Shown here in pieces: positions 47,685-57,232 of a stretch of DNA of 64,000 nucleotides. The DNA lies in the NCBI GenBank assembly GCA_017536205.1, contig JAFXHX010000009.1, forward strand, positions 1,003-65,002, read 5' to 3'. Below the pieces are notes generated by a model, which worked only from the letters and a program-made list of their open reading frames with translations, searched no databases and was not told the origin of the DNA. Source of the DNA: Clostridia bacterium. Its GTDB lineage: Bacteria > Bacillota > Clostridia > Christensenellales > Borkfalkiaceae. The position numbers and the translations under genes were made by a program. How positions within the stretch are numbered: the stretch's first letter is position 1; each line of letters starts with the position of its first letter.

Positions 47685-47713
47685 ATTATACAAATTAGTT
47701 CATTTTAAGTCAA
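47685..47713 (-). promoter_or_regulatory. promoter TTGACT-17-TATAAT, 6 nt from ATG (leaderless geometry)
   Basis: Reverse complement reads TTGACTtaaaatgaactaatttgTATAATagccgtATG. Confidence 0.6.
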
Positions 47714-47741
47714 TAAAAAACACGCTTTTTGCGTGTTTTTC

Positions 47742-48668
47742 TCATTTAAAAAGTGGGGTTGAAAAATAGCGTTCGGCAGTATCGGGAAGAACGGTTACAA
47801 CGGTTTTTCCTTCGCCTAAAACCTTTGCAAGTTTTATAGCGGCGGCAACGTTAGTTCCACTTGATATTCCACATAAAATACCTTCTTTAAGCGCTAAATC
47901 GCGTGAAGTTTGAAGGGCAAGTTCATCGTCGATTATACAAACGTCGCTTATAATATCGCGATTAAGTATTTCTGGAATAATACCGTCACCTATACCCATT
48001 TGAAGGTGCGTGCCGATAGAACCACCCGATAGTATTGCAGCGTTTTCAGGCTCGACTGCCCAAATGGTAATATTGGGGTTTTTAGCCTTTAACGCCTCGC
48101 CTATACCCGTTATAGTTCCACCCGTTCCTATGCCCGAGCAAAAGCCGTGTATTTCTTTATTAACTTGCTCTAAAATCTCTTGCCCCGTTACCGAGCGTTG
48201 AATATCGGGGTTTGCAGGGTTTTCAAACTGTTGGGGAACGAAAACGTTTTTATCTTCATTTTTCATTCTAAGGGCAAGGTTTAAGCATTCTTCAATGCAA
48301 AGCCCTATATTCCCGTCGTCGTGAATGAGAATTACTTCTGCACCGTAATGCTCAACGAGTTTGCGCCTTTCAACGGAAACGGAGTCGGGCATAATAATTT
48401 TAACTTTATAGCCCTTTACTGCGCCAACGAGCGCAAGCCCTATGCCTTGGTTACCACTAGTAGGCTCAACGATTATACTGTTTGGAGTTAAAACCCCACG
48501 CTTTTCGGCATCGCAAATCATATTGTATGCCGTGCGAGTTTTTATAGAGCCACCAACGTTGAGCCCTTCGAACTTTACAAGTATTTCTGCCGAGCCCTTT
48601 TCTACCATGCGATTAAGTTTTATAATAGGCGTGTTGCCTATTGCATCTAAAATGTTATTACAAATCAT
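47742..48668 (-). CDS. cysK: cysteine synthase A (O-acetylserine sulfhydrylase)
   Basis: PLP-lysine context GGSIKTR, GTGGTITG loop, 308 aa. TATAAT lies 6 nt upstream of the ATG. Confidence 0.88.
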   Translation of the reverse strand: MICNNILDAIGNTPIIKLNRMVEKGSAEILVKFEGLNVGGSIKTRTAYNMICDAEKRGVLTPNSIIVEPTSGNQGIGLALVGAVKGYKVKIIMPDSVSVERRKLVEHYGAEVILIHDDGNIGLCIEECLNLALRMKNEDKNVFVPQQFENPANPDIQRSVTGQEILEQVNKEIHGFCSGIGTGGTITGIGEALKAKNPNITIWAVEPENAAILSGGSIGTHLQMGIGDGIIPEILNRDIISDVCIIDDELALQTSRDLALKEGILCGISSGTNVAAAIKLAKVLGEGKTVVTVLPDTAERYFSTPLFK

Positions 48669-48738
48669 ACCTATATTATATTATCATAAACGAATAATTT
48701 TTACAACTAAAAAGCCCGACTTTTTGTCGGGCATCTTA

Positions 48739-49494
48739 TTACAAAAGGTTTTTCCATTTATCAAACTCGAACGCAACGCCGTTAGCGTGGTGCGCATCGC
48801 TATTTATAACGAGTTTTCCACCCGCTTTTTTAATATAATCGATTATATCTTTAGAGGGGTATGGCTTGCTTTTATACCCCCTTGATATAACGCCCGTGTT
48901 AATTTCAAAAGGCACGCCGTAACTAATAAGTTTATCAACTGCCTTTTTATAGGCGTTTATATAGCGTGGGTGCGAAGTTGAAAACATTTTATCGTTTTCG
49001 TTAAACTTCGTTATAAGGTCTATATGCCCTATGATATTTGCGCCTGTTTTTTCTACAACGTTTGAAACGAGTTCGTAATAATGCTCAACTGCCGATAAAT
49101 AGTCGCCACCAAAAAAGTCGTTAACGATTTTAGTAAAATATTCGGGGAACTGGTCTATCGTGTAGTAACTTTCATTAAAACAAAAATAATGCACCGAGCC
49201 TATAACGTAGTCGTAACCCTTTCTTTGAGGGCTAGAATAATAGTCTTGTTCAATACCACATAAAACCTTAATTTTACTAGCGTATTTAACTTTTAAAGCG
49301 TTAACTTCGCTAATAAACCTTTCTTCTTCGCTTGGGCTTATAGAAGTTTCTTTATCGAACGGAACGTAAGAGTGGCATAAAACGCCTATTTCTTCAAGCC
49401 CTTTATCTATTGCCGAAACAACCATTTCTTCTGGGGTTGACTTTCCGTCGCAATAAACGGTATGGGTATGTAAATCGCGTAAATGTGTTTTCAT
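48739..49494 (-). CDS. histidinol-phosphatase HisJ family (PHP domain)
   Basis: DLHTHTVYCDG metal motif. I prefer the ATG at 49494 (MKTHLRDLH). Confidence 0.78.
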   Translation of the reverse strand: MKTHLRDLHTHTVYCDGKSTPEEMVVSAIDKGLEEIGVLCHSYVPFDKETSISPSEEERFISEVNALKVKYASKIKVLCGIEQDYYSSPQRKGYDYVIGSVHYFCFNESYYTIDQFPEYFTKIVNDFFGGDYLSAVEHYYELVSNVVEKTGANIIGHIDLITKFNENDKMFSTSHPRYINAYKKAVDKLISYGVPFEINTGVISRGYKSKPYPSKDIIDYIKKAGGKLVINSDAHHANGVAFEFDKWKNLL

Positions 49495-49500
49495 AATTTT

Positions 49501-49529
49501 ATTATAGCATAAACGCTTAATATTCGCAA
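49501..49529 (-). promoter_or_regulatory. promoter TTGCGA-17-TATAAT, 6 nt from ATG (leaderless geometry)
   Basis: Reverse complement reads TTGCGAatattaagcgtttatgcTATAATaaaattATG. Confidence 0.55.
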
Positions 49530-49555
49530 ATAAAAACAAGGGGTTGCCCCCTTGT

Positions 49556-50401
49556 TTAAAAGTTTAAAGTAAGCAAAAAGTCCTTTGCCTTTTCAACGTC
49601 TTTTTCAGGCGTGTTGCCTACTTCACGTTCAATTGTGAAATAGCCGTTATAGCCTATATCTTTAAGCGCTTTTATATAGCCATTCCAGTCAACGTCGCCC
49701 TCGCCAAGTGGCATTTCTTTAAAGCCACTCAACGCATTAAGCGCATCAAGCCCACCAACTGCAAAGGCGTGATAAACTTCGGTTGGGTCTTGATTTTTAT
49801 CTAGCATAACGCCGTCTTTTGCGTGAGTGTGAACGATATAGTCTTTTAAAACGTAAACGCCCCTAACTGCGTCTTCCCCCGTTACCATAGTAAGATTTGC
49901 AGGGTCGTAGTTAACTCCAACGCCACCTTTTGTATCTTTTAAAAACTCAAGTAGCGTGTCAACCTTTTCAGGCCCCGTTTCTATTGCAAGTGTAACCCCA
50001 CGCTCCTTTGCGTAAAGCCCACACTCAGTAAGCGCGTTTAGCATAGTTTTATAGCGCTTATTCGTTTTATCTGCGGGAATAACGCCTATATGCGTTGTTA
50101 CAACGCTAGTTTTAAACTCAACGGCAAGGTCTATAATTTTTTTGGTTTTTTCAATGCGCTCTTTATTATCCTTTTCTATTTCAAAGCCAAACCCACCCAT
50201 ATCACCGCATAGCGCCGATACTTCAAGGTTATATTCTTTTAAAATATCTTTATATTTTTGCTTAACTTCGGGAGTTAAGTTTTCGGGTGAAAAATCGCCC
50301 ACCGTTGCGTATATTTGAACGCCGTTAAGCCCTAATTCGTGCGCCGTTTCAATGGCGATCATATGAGTTTTAAAACAGTGTGATATAACGCTTATTTTCA
50401 T
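49556..50401 (-). CDS. sugar phosphate isomerase/epimerase (xylose isomerase-like TIM barrel)
   Basis: 281 aa with the family pattern. 4-nt overlap with the upstream gene. Terminator ACAAGGGG/CCCCTTGT downstream. Confidence 0.72.
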   Translation of the reverse strand: MKISVISHCFKTHMIAIETAHELGLNGVQIYATVGDFSPENLTPEVKQKYKDILKEYNLEVSALCGDMGGFGFEIEKDNKERIEKTKKIIDLAVEFKTSVVTTHIGVIPADKTNKRYKTMLNALTECGLYAKERGVTLAIETGPEKVDTLLEFLKDTKGGVGVNYDPANLTMVTGEDAVRGVYVLKDYIVHTHAKDGVMLDKNQDPTEVYHAFAVGGLDALNALSGFKEMPLGEGDVDWNGYIKALKDIGYNGYFTIEREVGNTPEKDVEKAKDFLLTLNF

Positions 50402-51240
50402 AATATTTCTATCTCTACGTTGGGGGTTTTAGTTGCTTTTATAGCGTATCCACGAAGGCGCATTACTTCAAGCGTTTCTTCGGGGTTAAACGAAAGCGTT
50501 CCTTCTTCAAAATATCTTAAAACGTCGGCAATAAGGTTGTCAAAGAAAGGTGAGTTAACGGTAATAAACTCGGTGTTTTTACCTTCTATGGTAGCGGAAA
50601 ACGCAAACGGGAAAAACGGCGATTGAAGTATTTTAGCGTGCCTGCCGTCGGCATAATTTATATCAAGCCACCTTTGGTCGTTATAGCCGTTATATTTAAC
50701 CGAACTTGCGCCAAAACCCATCATTTTAACGGTCATTTCAATCATATGAATAATATATTCTTCATAGTTTCCACCGCTACCCATTACAAATAGAGTTTTT
50801 GCCTTGCCAGCGTACTCATCAAGTTCAGTGGCGTAACGGAGCGCAGAACTAGTAAAGAACTCAACGCCGTTCTCTTTTGCTAATTCAAATATTTTAACTG
50901 CAGTTTCGTAGTCGGGCGCAAAAGTTTTGTCAATGTAACCACCCCTTTTGCACTCGAACATCTGTTTAGCGTATTCAAGGTGTTTTTCGGGGTTAGACGG
51001 AGCAAGTAGCATAATAAAGTCTGCCTTTTTACAAAGTTCTTTAATGCTATCGCACTTTATAGCCCCGTATTTTTCGCACCACTTCTCGGTTGTAATGCCG
51101 TTTGGGTTATTAGTTTCTGCCCAAACGTATTTAACAACGAAGTCCGTTCCGTTTTTTTCGTTATAAGCCTTTATAAAGTTAGGGTACTCGTTAGCGTGCC
51201 ACTCATCTATAAAATAATCGATAAAACCTATAGTTTTCAT
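50398..51240 (-). CDS. Gfo/Idh/MocA-like protein with degenerate nucleotide-binding motif
   Basis: 280 aa with oxidoreductase-like layout but no clear GxGxxG. 4-nt overlaps on both sides. Confidence 0.4.
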   Translation of the reverse strand: MKTIGFIDYFIDEWHANEYPNFIKAYNEKNGTDFVVKYVWAETNNPNGITTEKWCEKYGAIKCDSIKELCKKADFIMLLAPSNPEKHLEYAKQMFECKRGGYIDKTFAPDYETAVKIFELAKENGVEFFTSSALRYATELDEYAGKAKTLFVMGSGGNYEEYIIHMIEMTVKMMGFGASSVKYNGYNDQRWLDINYADGRHAKILQSPFFPFAFSATIEGKNTEFITVNSPFFDNLIADVLRYFEEGTLSFNPEETLEVMRLRGYAIKATKTPNVEIEIL

Positions 51241-52292
51241 AAGGTAATCTCCTTGTTCTTTTCAGCCGATTCGTAAAGTGCGTCTAAAAGTTTCATACTT
51301 TCTAAAACGTAGTCTATATGGTTTTTATCTTTAACGCCAGACTCTATTGACTTTATAAACTCAACAAGTTCTTTTTCATACATATCGGGAATATCGTATT
51401 CGGGCTTTTCTTCGCTCAAATCGGCGCCGTTCCAGAAAGTAAACTTTCCACCGTAATCGAGCCTTGCGCCACCTTTATCGCCCAAAAAGTCGATATACAT
51501 TTCGTTTTTGTTAACGTTTTGCGCCCAAGCGCCGTTAAAGGAAATGTTTGCCTTATCAGTTCTAACGTAGCCACTAATAAAGTCGTCAACGTCGTTAACA
51601 CCCGTTTCAAAGTTAGCAGTTTCTTCAGCCCACATACTTTCGTACTTATAAGCCTTTAAGTCTTTTGCCATTTCTGAATATGCGTTTGCGCTAACGGTTT
51701 TAAGTTTCGCACCACCTAAAACGTATAAAATAAGGTCTAAAAAGTGAATGCCCCAGTCGATTAAAACGCCACCACCCGATTTAGATTTAGTGGTAAACGC
51801 ACCGCCAAGACCGGGTATATTTCTAAAACACCTAAAATTGCAGTAAACGTGATACATATTACCAAACTTGCCGTTTTCTACCCATTCTCTAAGCATTTCA
51901 ACCGATTTGTTGTGGCGATTACAAACGCCTATGTTAAGCATTTTGCCTTGCTTTTCGGCTTCTTCTGCCATTTCTTTAGAAAGGGGGTAGTTAATGGTTA
52001 TGGGCTTTTCACAAAAAACGTGTTTACCTGCCCTTAACGCATCCATAGTAACGGTGTAGTGAAGGCTATTTGGCGTGCATACGCAAACGGCGTCAACTTC
52101 AGGGTCGTTTAAGCAAACTTTATAGTCTGATACAACTTTTTTTATTGAAGGAAAGTCTTCCTTAGCCTTTTCGGCATTTGCTAAAATAACGTCGCACGCG
52201 TAAGCGATTTCAACGTTTTCAATTTGAGAAAGTGATGGAAAATATTTAGAATTACTAATTCTTCCGCAACCTATAACTGCAACTTTAAACAT
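51237..52292 (-). CDS. Gfo/Idh/MocA family oxidoreductase
   Basis: Rossmann VAVIGCGRIS, EKP motif (FCEKPI). SD AAAGGAG. Promoter TTGAAC-17-TACAAT. Confidence 0.85.
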   Translation of the reverse strand: MFKVAVIGCGRISNSKYFPSLSQIENVEIAYACDVILANAEKAKEDFPSIKKVVSDYKVCLNDPEVDAVCVCTPNSLHYTVTMDALRAGKHVFCEKPITINYPLSKEMAEEAEKQGKMLNIGVCNRHNKSVEMLREWVENGKFGNMYHVYCNFRCFRNIPGLGGAFTTKSKSGGGVLIDWGIHFLDLILYVLGGAKLKTVSANAYSEMAKDLKAYKYESMWAEETANFETGVNDVDDFISGYVRTDKANISFNGAWAQNVNKNEMYIDFLGDKGGARLDYGGKFTFWNGADLSEEKPEYDIPDMYEKELVEFIKSIESGVKDKNHIDYVLESMKLLDALYESAEKNKEITL

Positions 52293-52426
52293 AATTAACT
52301 CCTTTTTATTTTATTGTATAACTATTTAGCGTTGCGTTCAAGTAGTTCGTTTTGTATAAAACATATCATTATTTTAGATTTAAGCGTTTTTTAAGCAAAA
52401 TAAGGGCTAATTTTAATGTTTTATTA

Positions 52427-52455
52427 TTGACACGGATATTATGCTACCTTATAAT
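52427..52455 (+). promoter_or_regulatory. perfect consensus promoter TTGACA-17-TATAAT, 6 nt from the ATG at 52462
   Basis: Read directly. The track start at 52441 lies inside the spacer, so it cannot be on the transcript from this promoter. Confidence 0.65.
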
Positions 52456-52461
52456 ATAGTT

Positions 52462-53328
52462 ATGGAAATAACTGCTAATTACCACGTTAACAACTACTAT
52501 CTTAAAAGCCCGCTTGAGTTTAAAGATTTACTGCTTTACCAAATAGGCAGAAAATATTGCCGTGAAGGCGACGTTACGCCTAGGCACGTTCACGATAAAC
52601 TTTTTGAACTTACTATCGTTAAAGGTGGTAGCGCAACGCTTATAACTAACGGCGAAAGGTTTAGAATAACGGCAGGCTATATTTACCTTTCCTTTCCTTA
52701 CGAAATACACGAAATACACGCCGACCAAGGCGAAAAGTTCGATTACGACTTTTTTGCCTTTTACCCAACCAGCCCGCAACTCGTTGCCGATTTTGAAAGC
52801 ATACTGGCTAATCACAATAGCCCAAGCCTTAGAACTTTTGCCGACGATAAAGTTTCTTCACTTATTGACTTTGCTTTAAGCGAATTTCCCTTGCAAGATA
52901 GCGAAAGCGAACTTTTAAACGGGCTTTTTTATAGCGCGCTTACTTATATCGTTCGCGATTTTAACGGCATATCTCGCCCAAAGTTAAGCGTTTCGGGCGC
53001 AGAAATTATTTGCATGCAAGTTATGAATTATATAGACACGCACCTTCTAACCATATCTACCCTAACCGAAGTTGCAGAAAAGTTTAACTATAATTATAGT
53101 TACTTATCTTCGCTTTTTAAAAGCACAACGGGCAAAAACCTTGCCGATTATTTTAGAAGCAAAAAACTTCAAACGGCAAAAGTACTACTTACAACGGGCA
53201 AAAAGAGCGTTACCGAAACGGCTGTAATATTAAACTATTCTTCGCCGTTTGCATTTACCAAAGCCTTTAAAACGGCGTTTAACGTTTCGCCAAAGGAATA
53301 TGCTAAAAGCAAAAAAGCAAGGAAATAA
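52462..53328 (+). CDS. AraC family transcriptional regulator (cupin + HTH)
   Basis: N-terminal cupin-like domain and C-terminal AraC HTH pair. Start moved to the ATG at 52462 because of the promoter. Confidence 0.82.
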   Translation: MEITANYHVNNYYLKSPLEFKDLLLYQIGRKYCREGDVTPRHVHDKLFELTIVKGGSATLITNGERFRITAGYIYLSFPYEIHEIHADQGEKFDYDFFAFYPTSPQLVADFESILANHNSPSLRTFADDKVSSLIDFALSEFPLQDSESELLNGLFYSALTYIVRDFNGISRPKLSVSGAEIICMQVMNYIDTHLLTISTLTEVAEKFNYNYSYLSSLFKSTTGKNLADYFRSKKLQTAKVLLTTGKKSVTETAVILNYSSPFAFTKAFKTAFNVSPKEYAKSKKARK

Positions 53329-53339
53329 TCCTTGCTTTT

Positions 53340-54230
53340 TTATTTAGTTTCTATTTTTAATAATTTTTTTGCATTTTCTCTTGCAATTTTATCGTAAACT
53401 TTTTCGCTTATATAATTTTCATCTAGCATTTTGTTCATAAAATCGGTTTGACCGATATAATCGTCGTGATAACAGATATCAGAGCCGTACATAATTCTAT
53501 CTTGAAACTCGTTTAAGAACTTTTTAGTGTAGTTAAGGTTTCTTTTCATAGCGCCAAGCCCACTTCCTGCCGACAAATCAACGTATAAGTTTTTATACTC
53601 GCGCATTAAACTAAACACTGCGCCCTCACCGTCTATATCGTAGGTGGGCCAGCCGTATCTATCTTCAGGTTTGCGTAAAGTGCCAAACTCTGCCCAAAAG
53701 CCGGGACCGTGACCTATAAATATAAGATTAGGGAACTTTTCTAAACACTTTTTAAGTTTTATTAGCCCCGGCTCGTCGCTAACGCCGTAAGTTCTATCAG
53801 GGTCTGAATACATATCGAATAGGAGCGGGAGTTCCATTTTTTCGCTTGCCCTATAAAGGTTTAAAAGTTTAGGGTCGTCAAACTCCATTTTAGGCAATAC
53901 TTCACCCACGCCAACGCAACCTTGATTTTTAAAAAACTCAAGCAACAGTTCAAGTTCAGAATCTTTCGAGTTGCCTATTGCACGGGGGTCTACGTTGCAA
54001 AAGGGAACGTATCTGCCACCCGATTCTTTAGCCATATCTATAACTTCACCAACCGATTGTGGTTGATACTCTTCGGCGTTGACAAGGCACATAAGCGCAC
54101 CACCTGTAATTCCAAACTTTTCGTGAGCACGGTAAAGTTCTTCTTTATTAGGAAACATTATTCTTCTTGCTTCGTTAATAAACGGATATTTATAATAGTG
54201 CGTGTGTATATCAAAAAAATTATTTCTCAT
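53340..54230 (-). CDS. amidohydrolase family protein (Amidohydro_2-like metal-dependent hydrolase), paralogue 3
   Basis: DIHTH metal motif. Shares FCNVDPRA and GVGE blocks with 58595-59509 and 61131-62042. Confidence 0.72.
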   Translation of the reverse strand: MRNNFFDIHTHYYKYPFINEARRIMFPNKEELYRAHEKFGITGGALMCLVNAEEYQPQSVGEVIDMAKESGGRYVPFCNVDPRAIGNSKDSELELLLEFFKNQGCVGVGEVLPKMEFDDPKLLNLYRASEKMELPLLFDMYSDPDRTYGVSDEPGLIKLKKCLEKFPNLIFIGHGPGFWAEFGTLRKPEDRYGWPTYDIDGEGAVFSLMREYKNLYVDLSAGSGLGAMKRNLNYTKKFLNEFQDRIMYGSDICYHDDYIGQTDFMNKMLDENYISEKVYDKIARENAKKLLKIETK

Positions 54231-54242
54231 AAAAATCTTAAA

Positions 54243-55172
54243 TTATTTCTTCTTTTTCTTTTCTTCGGCGCGCTTGTCGTTAATAATTTTCATATGCTCT
54301 TCGGTAATAAGCGTAACGCCGTTTTCTTTAGCCCAACTTACGCAACCTTTTAAAACGAGTGGTAAAAATACCCTGGGAACGCCTAAAACGGTTTTTAACG
54401 CTTCGTCGGTAAACTTAACAACGTCGTCAACTCTATCGGCAGCGTACCTAACCGATTCAAGCGACGCTTGGCGCATTTGAAGAAGTTCTGCGCGCATTCT
54501 TGTTTTTCTGTGATACCAGAAGTTCTTGCTATCGCGATAGCCGTAGTCAACGGGAAGTGGCGGAAAATCTTTTGCCTTAACGCCGTTAATAATTGCATCG
54601 CTATACTTTTTCTTCATAAGTATTTTATCTATTTTTAAAATGAAGTGAGCGCCAAACTTACTTGTTATGCCGTTGAAATCGTGATAAGGTGGCTCGTAAC
54701 CGTGGAGTTCGCCCGCTTTATCTTTATCGGCACCGTCAAGTTCCCTAACCCAAGTGCACTCTATAACTTCAATAGCGTCACTTAAAACATAGGGGCGCTT
54801 TTCGCCCGTTTCTTCTTCAACAAGCCCCGGTTCAAGTTTAAACTTGCACTTTGGCATTTTTTCGCTTGGCTTATCGCCCGGCCACGAAAGTTTAACTGCT
54901 TCTTTAAAGGTTTTGGGGTTGTCGTCTATAAAACTGATTGCGCACTTTCCCGTTCGTAATATGTTTTGAGCGGTGTTTGACGAGTTACGGCAAGAAAGTA
55001 GCATTGCGTAATAATCTTTTCCCGCAACGTAATAAGGTTGAACTAACGAATACGGACCACAAGTTGTGCTTCCGTCTTCACAAAGAGTGCTTATAATTAC
55101 CGTTGGCATAGGAAAAAATAGCGACGTTTGGTAAAAGTTATCAACAATTCTTAAGTTCTCAAAACTACTCAT
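54243..55172 (-). CDS. flavin reductase-like (FMN-binding split-barrel) domain protein with extra C-terminal domain
   Basis: FPMPTVIISTLCEDGSTTCGPYS resembles the Flavin_Reduct core. ATG at 55172 with an AAGGAG SD. Confidence 0.5.
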   Translation of the reverse strand: MSSFENLRIVDNFYQTSLFFPMPTVIISTLCEDGSTTCGPYSLVQPYYVAGKDYYAMLLSCRNSSNTAQNILRTGKCAISFIDDNPKTFKEAVKLSWPGDKPSEKMPKCKFKLEPGLVEEETGEKRPYVLSDAIEVIECTWVRELDGADKDKAGELHGYEPPYHDFNGITSKFGAHFILKIDKILMKKKYSDAIINGVKAKDFPPLPVDYGYRDSKNFWYHRKTRMRAELLQMRQASLESVRYAADRVDDVVKFTDEALKTVLGVPRVFLPLVLKGCVSWAKENGVTLITEEHMKIINDKRAEEKKKKK

Positions 55173-55246
55173 AATATACTCCTTTATATAGTAATAATAT
55201 TTTACCATTTATATAGAAATAAATCAATAGTAAATTGAGTTTAATC

Positions 55247-55275
55247 TTGACAATATTTACCGTTTTAGCTATAAT
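55247..55275 (+). promoter_or_regulatory. perfect consensus promoter TTGACA-17-TATAAT, 9 nt from ATG
   Basis: Read directly. No SD between the -10 and the ATG at 55285. Confidence 0.6.
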
Positions 55276-55284
55276 AAAACTACT

Positions 55285-55896
55285 ATGAGTAACGATATGA
55301 ATATTGTTTGTTTAGATTTAGAAGGCGTTTTAGTTCCCGAGATTTGGATTGCTTTTAGCGAAGCAACCGGTATTGCTGAACTTAAAATTACCACCCGTGA
55401 AGAACCAGACTATAATAAACTTATGAATTATAGAATAGGCATTTTAAAAGAGCACGGATTAGGGCTTAAAGAAATACAAGACGTTATTTCTACCATTAAA
55501 CCACTTGACGGGGCAAAAGAGTTTTTAGATGAACTTAAATCAATTACCCAAGTGGTTATTTTGAGCGACACGTTTTATCAGTTTGCAACCCCGCTTATGA
55601 AACAACTAGGTTACCCCACCATTATGTGTAACACCCTTGAAGTTGCAAGTTCAGGCGAAATTACAGGTTTTAAAATGCGTTGCGAACACAGTAAACTTTC
55701 AACGGTAAAAGCCCTTCAATCGGTTGGCTTTGAAACTATTTGCGCAGGCGATAGTTATAACGACCTTGAAATGATTTTAAACAGTAAAGCAGGCTTTTTA
55801 TTTAGAAGTACCGATAAAATTAAAAAAGATTATCCAAATCTTCCTGCATTTGAAACTTATAGCGAACTTTTAAACGCTATTAAAAAGGCATTATAA
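55285..55896 (+). CDS. thrH: ThrH-type phosphoserine phosphatase / homoserine phosphotransferase (HAD)
   Basis: CLDLEGVLVPEIWIAF... closely resembles the Pseudomonas ThrH N-terminus as I recall it. 203 aa. Confidence 0.75.
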   Translation: MSNDMNIVCLDLEGVLVPEIWIAFSEATGIAELKITTREEPDYNKLMNYRIGILKEHGLGLKEIQDVISTIKPLDGAKEFLDELKSITQVVILSDTFYQFATPLMKQLGYPTIMCNTLEVASSGEITGFKMRCEHSKLSTVKALQSVGFETICAGDSYNDLEMILNSKAGFLFRSTDKIKKDYPNLPAFETYSELLNAIKKAL

Positions 55897-55957
55897 AAAG
55901 TAGGCAAAAGCCTACTTTTTTATTGAAAAGTTACGGGAAAAATGCTACAATTTATAT

Positions 55958-56413
55958 ATGAAAGTTAGTAAAATAGAAAGTTTTAAAATAGACCATAACA
56001 AACTTGAAGTTGGCATTTACGTTTCTAGAATAGACGGCGATATTACAACTTACGACCTTAGGACCAGAAAGCCAAACTTCGGCGATTATTTAAACACTGT
56101 TACTATGCACTCTGTTGAACATATGCTTGCAACCTATTTAAGAAGTTCTAAAATAGGTAAAGACGTAATTTATTTTGGGCCTATGGGTTGCAGAACGGGT
56201 TTTTATTTACTTGTTAGAAACGCAAGTAACGAAGAAGTTTTAAACGAAGTTAAACTTGCCCTTAAAAAAACGATAGAGCATAACGGCAAAATGTTTGGAA
56301 ATACAAAAATTGAGTGCGGAAACTACAAGTGTCTTTCTCTAAAACTTGCAAAAATAGAGTGCAAGCGATACCTTGATGCGCTTAATTCAAAACAACACGA
56401 CTTTAAATATTAA
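55958..56413 (+). CDS. luxS: S-ribosylhomocysteine lyase
   Basis: HSVEHMLA metal motif, GPMGCRTGFY, 151 aa. Confidence 0.9.
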   Translation: MKVSKIESFKIDHNKLEVGIYVSRIDGDITTYDLRTRKPNFGDYLNTVTMHSVEHMLATYLRSSKIGKDVIYFGPMGCRTGFYLLVRNASNEEVLNEVKLALKKTIEHNGKMFGNTKIECGNYKCLSLKLAKIECKRYLDALNSKQHDFKY

Positions 56414-56443
56414 AAAAGAACCGACTGCTGTCGGTTCTTTTTT
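56413..56443. terminator. bidirectional intrinsic terminator
   Basis: GAACCGAC-tgct-GTCGGTTC with A/T runs. Confidence 0.8.
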
Positions 56444-57230
56444 AATAAATCATAATGTCTAAATAATCAACTATTTTTTCTTTTACAACTTGCACCGTAT
56501 ATTCATTTAAAAACTTAGCGTTTTTAACGTTTCGGCAGTCGTACTTGCAATCTTCTTCGCTTACGTATTCAATAGTAATAGTTAGCGGAAGTTCCATTTT
56601 TATGGGTTTTATTTGGCCACGTTTTTTATAACCTTTTGAAACTGCGTTATAAATGCTATTAAGCGCTTCTTCTTCGCTAAAACAAGTTGCGCTATCACGG
56701 CTATTTGCAATTTTAACTACTGCTGTTTCAAGGCCGTTATAGAACGATTTTGCTTCTTCGCAAGCGGCTTTATCGCCACTTGCTGCAACGCAAGGCACGT
56801 TATACACACCTGCATACACGCCCATTTGCGCTGTTTCACCCACCTTAATTCCGTTATAGTACCACCCTTTGATGGCTTCCCATAATTGAGTATGGTCGAA
56901 AAACGCATTTTCGGTTTTTGCCATTGCGTGCGTGCCTATCATAACGAAAGCATCAATCTCGTTCATATAGGGAGTAAGTTCCCAAGTAGGCAGTTGCACG
57001 GCACGAGAATCAAGCATACCTTTTATAAAGTTTTTGCCTGAAGCGTGCCCATCAACAACGTAAACCTTATCGGCACCACTATCAAATAGTGCACTAACTG
57101 CAACGTTTGTTTCTTTCATTAAACGCTCGGTTGCAAGTTTATATCCGTTAGACGTTTCGTCTATAACCATTTGCATATTAGAAACGTTAGAAACGCCTTC
57201 TAAATCGGTAATAATTAATGCGCTAGCCAT
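56442..57230 (-). CDS. M55 family metallopeptidase (D-aminopeptidase DppA-like)
   Basis: N-terminal ITDLEGVSNV and overall Peptidase_M55-like pattern. 262 aa. Confidence 0.6.
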   Translation of the reverse strand: MASALIITDLEGVSNVSNMQMVIDETSNGYKLATERLMKETNVAVSALFDSGADKVYVVDGHASGKNFIKGMLDSRAVQLPTWELTPYMNEIDAFVMIGTHAMAKTENAFFDHTQLWEAIKGWYYNGIKVGETAQMGVYAGVYNVPCVAASGDKAACEEAKSFYNGLETAVVKIANSRDSATCFSEEEALNSIYNAVSKGYKKRGQIKPIKMELPLTITIEYVSEEDCKYDCRNVKNAKFLNEYTVQVVKEKIVDYLDIMIY

Positions 57231-57232
57231 TA

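Noticed and set aside
52441-52461. ATG at 52441 as the AraC start
   Set aside because: It lies within the spacer and -10 of a perfect TTGACA-17-TATAAT promoter. I prefer the ATG at 52462, though this needs transcription start site data.
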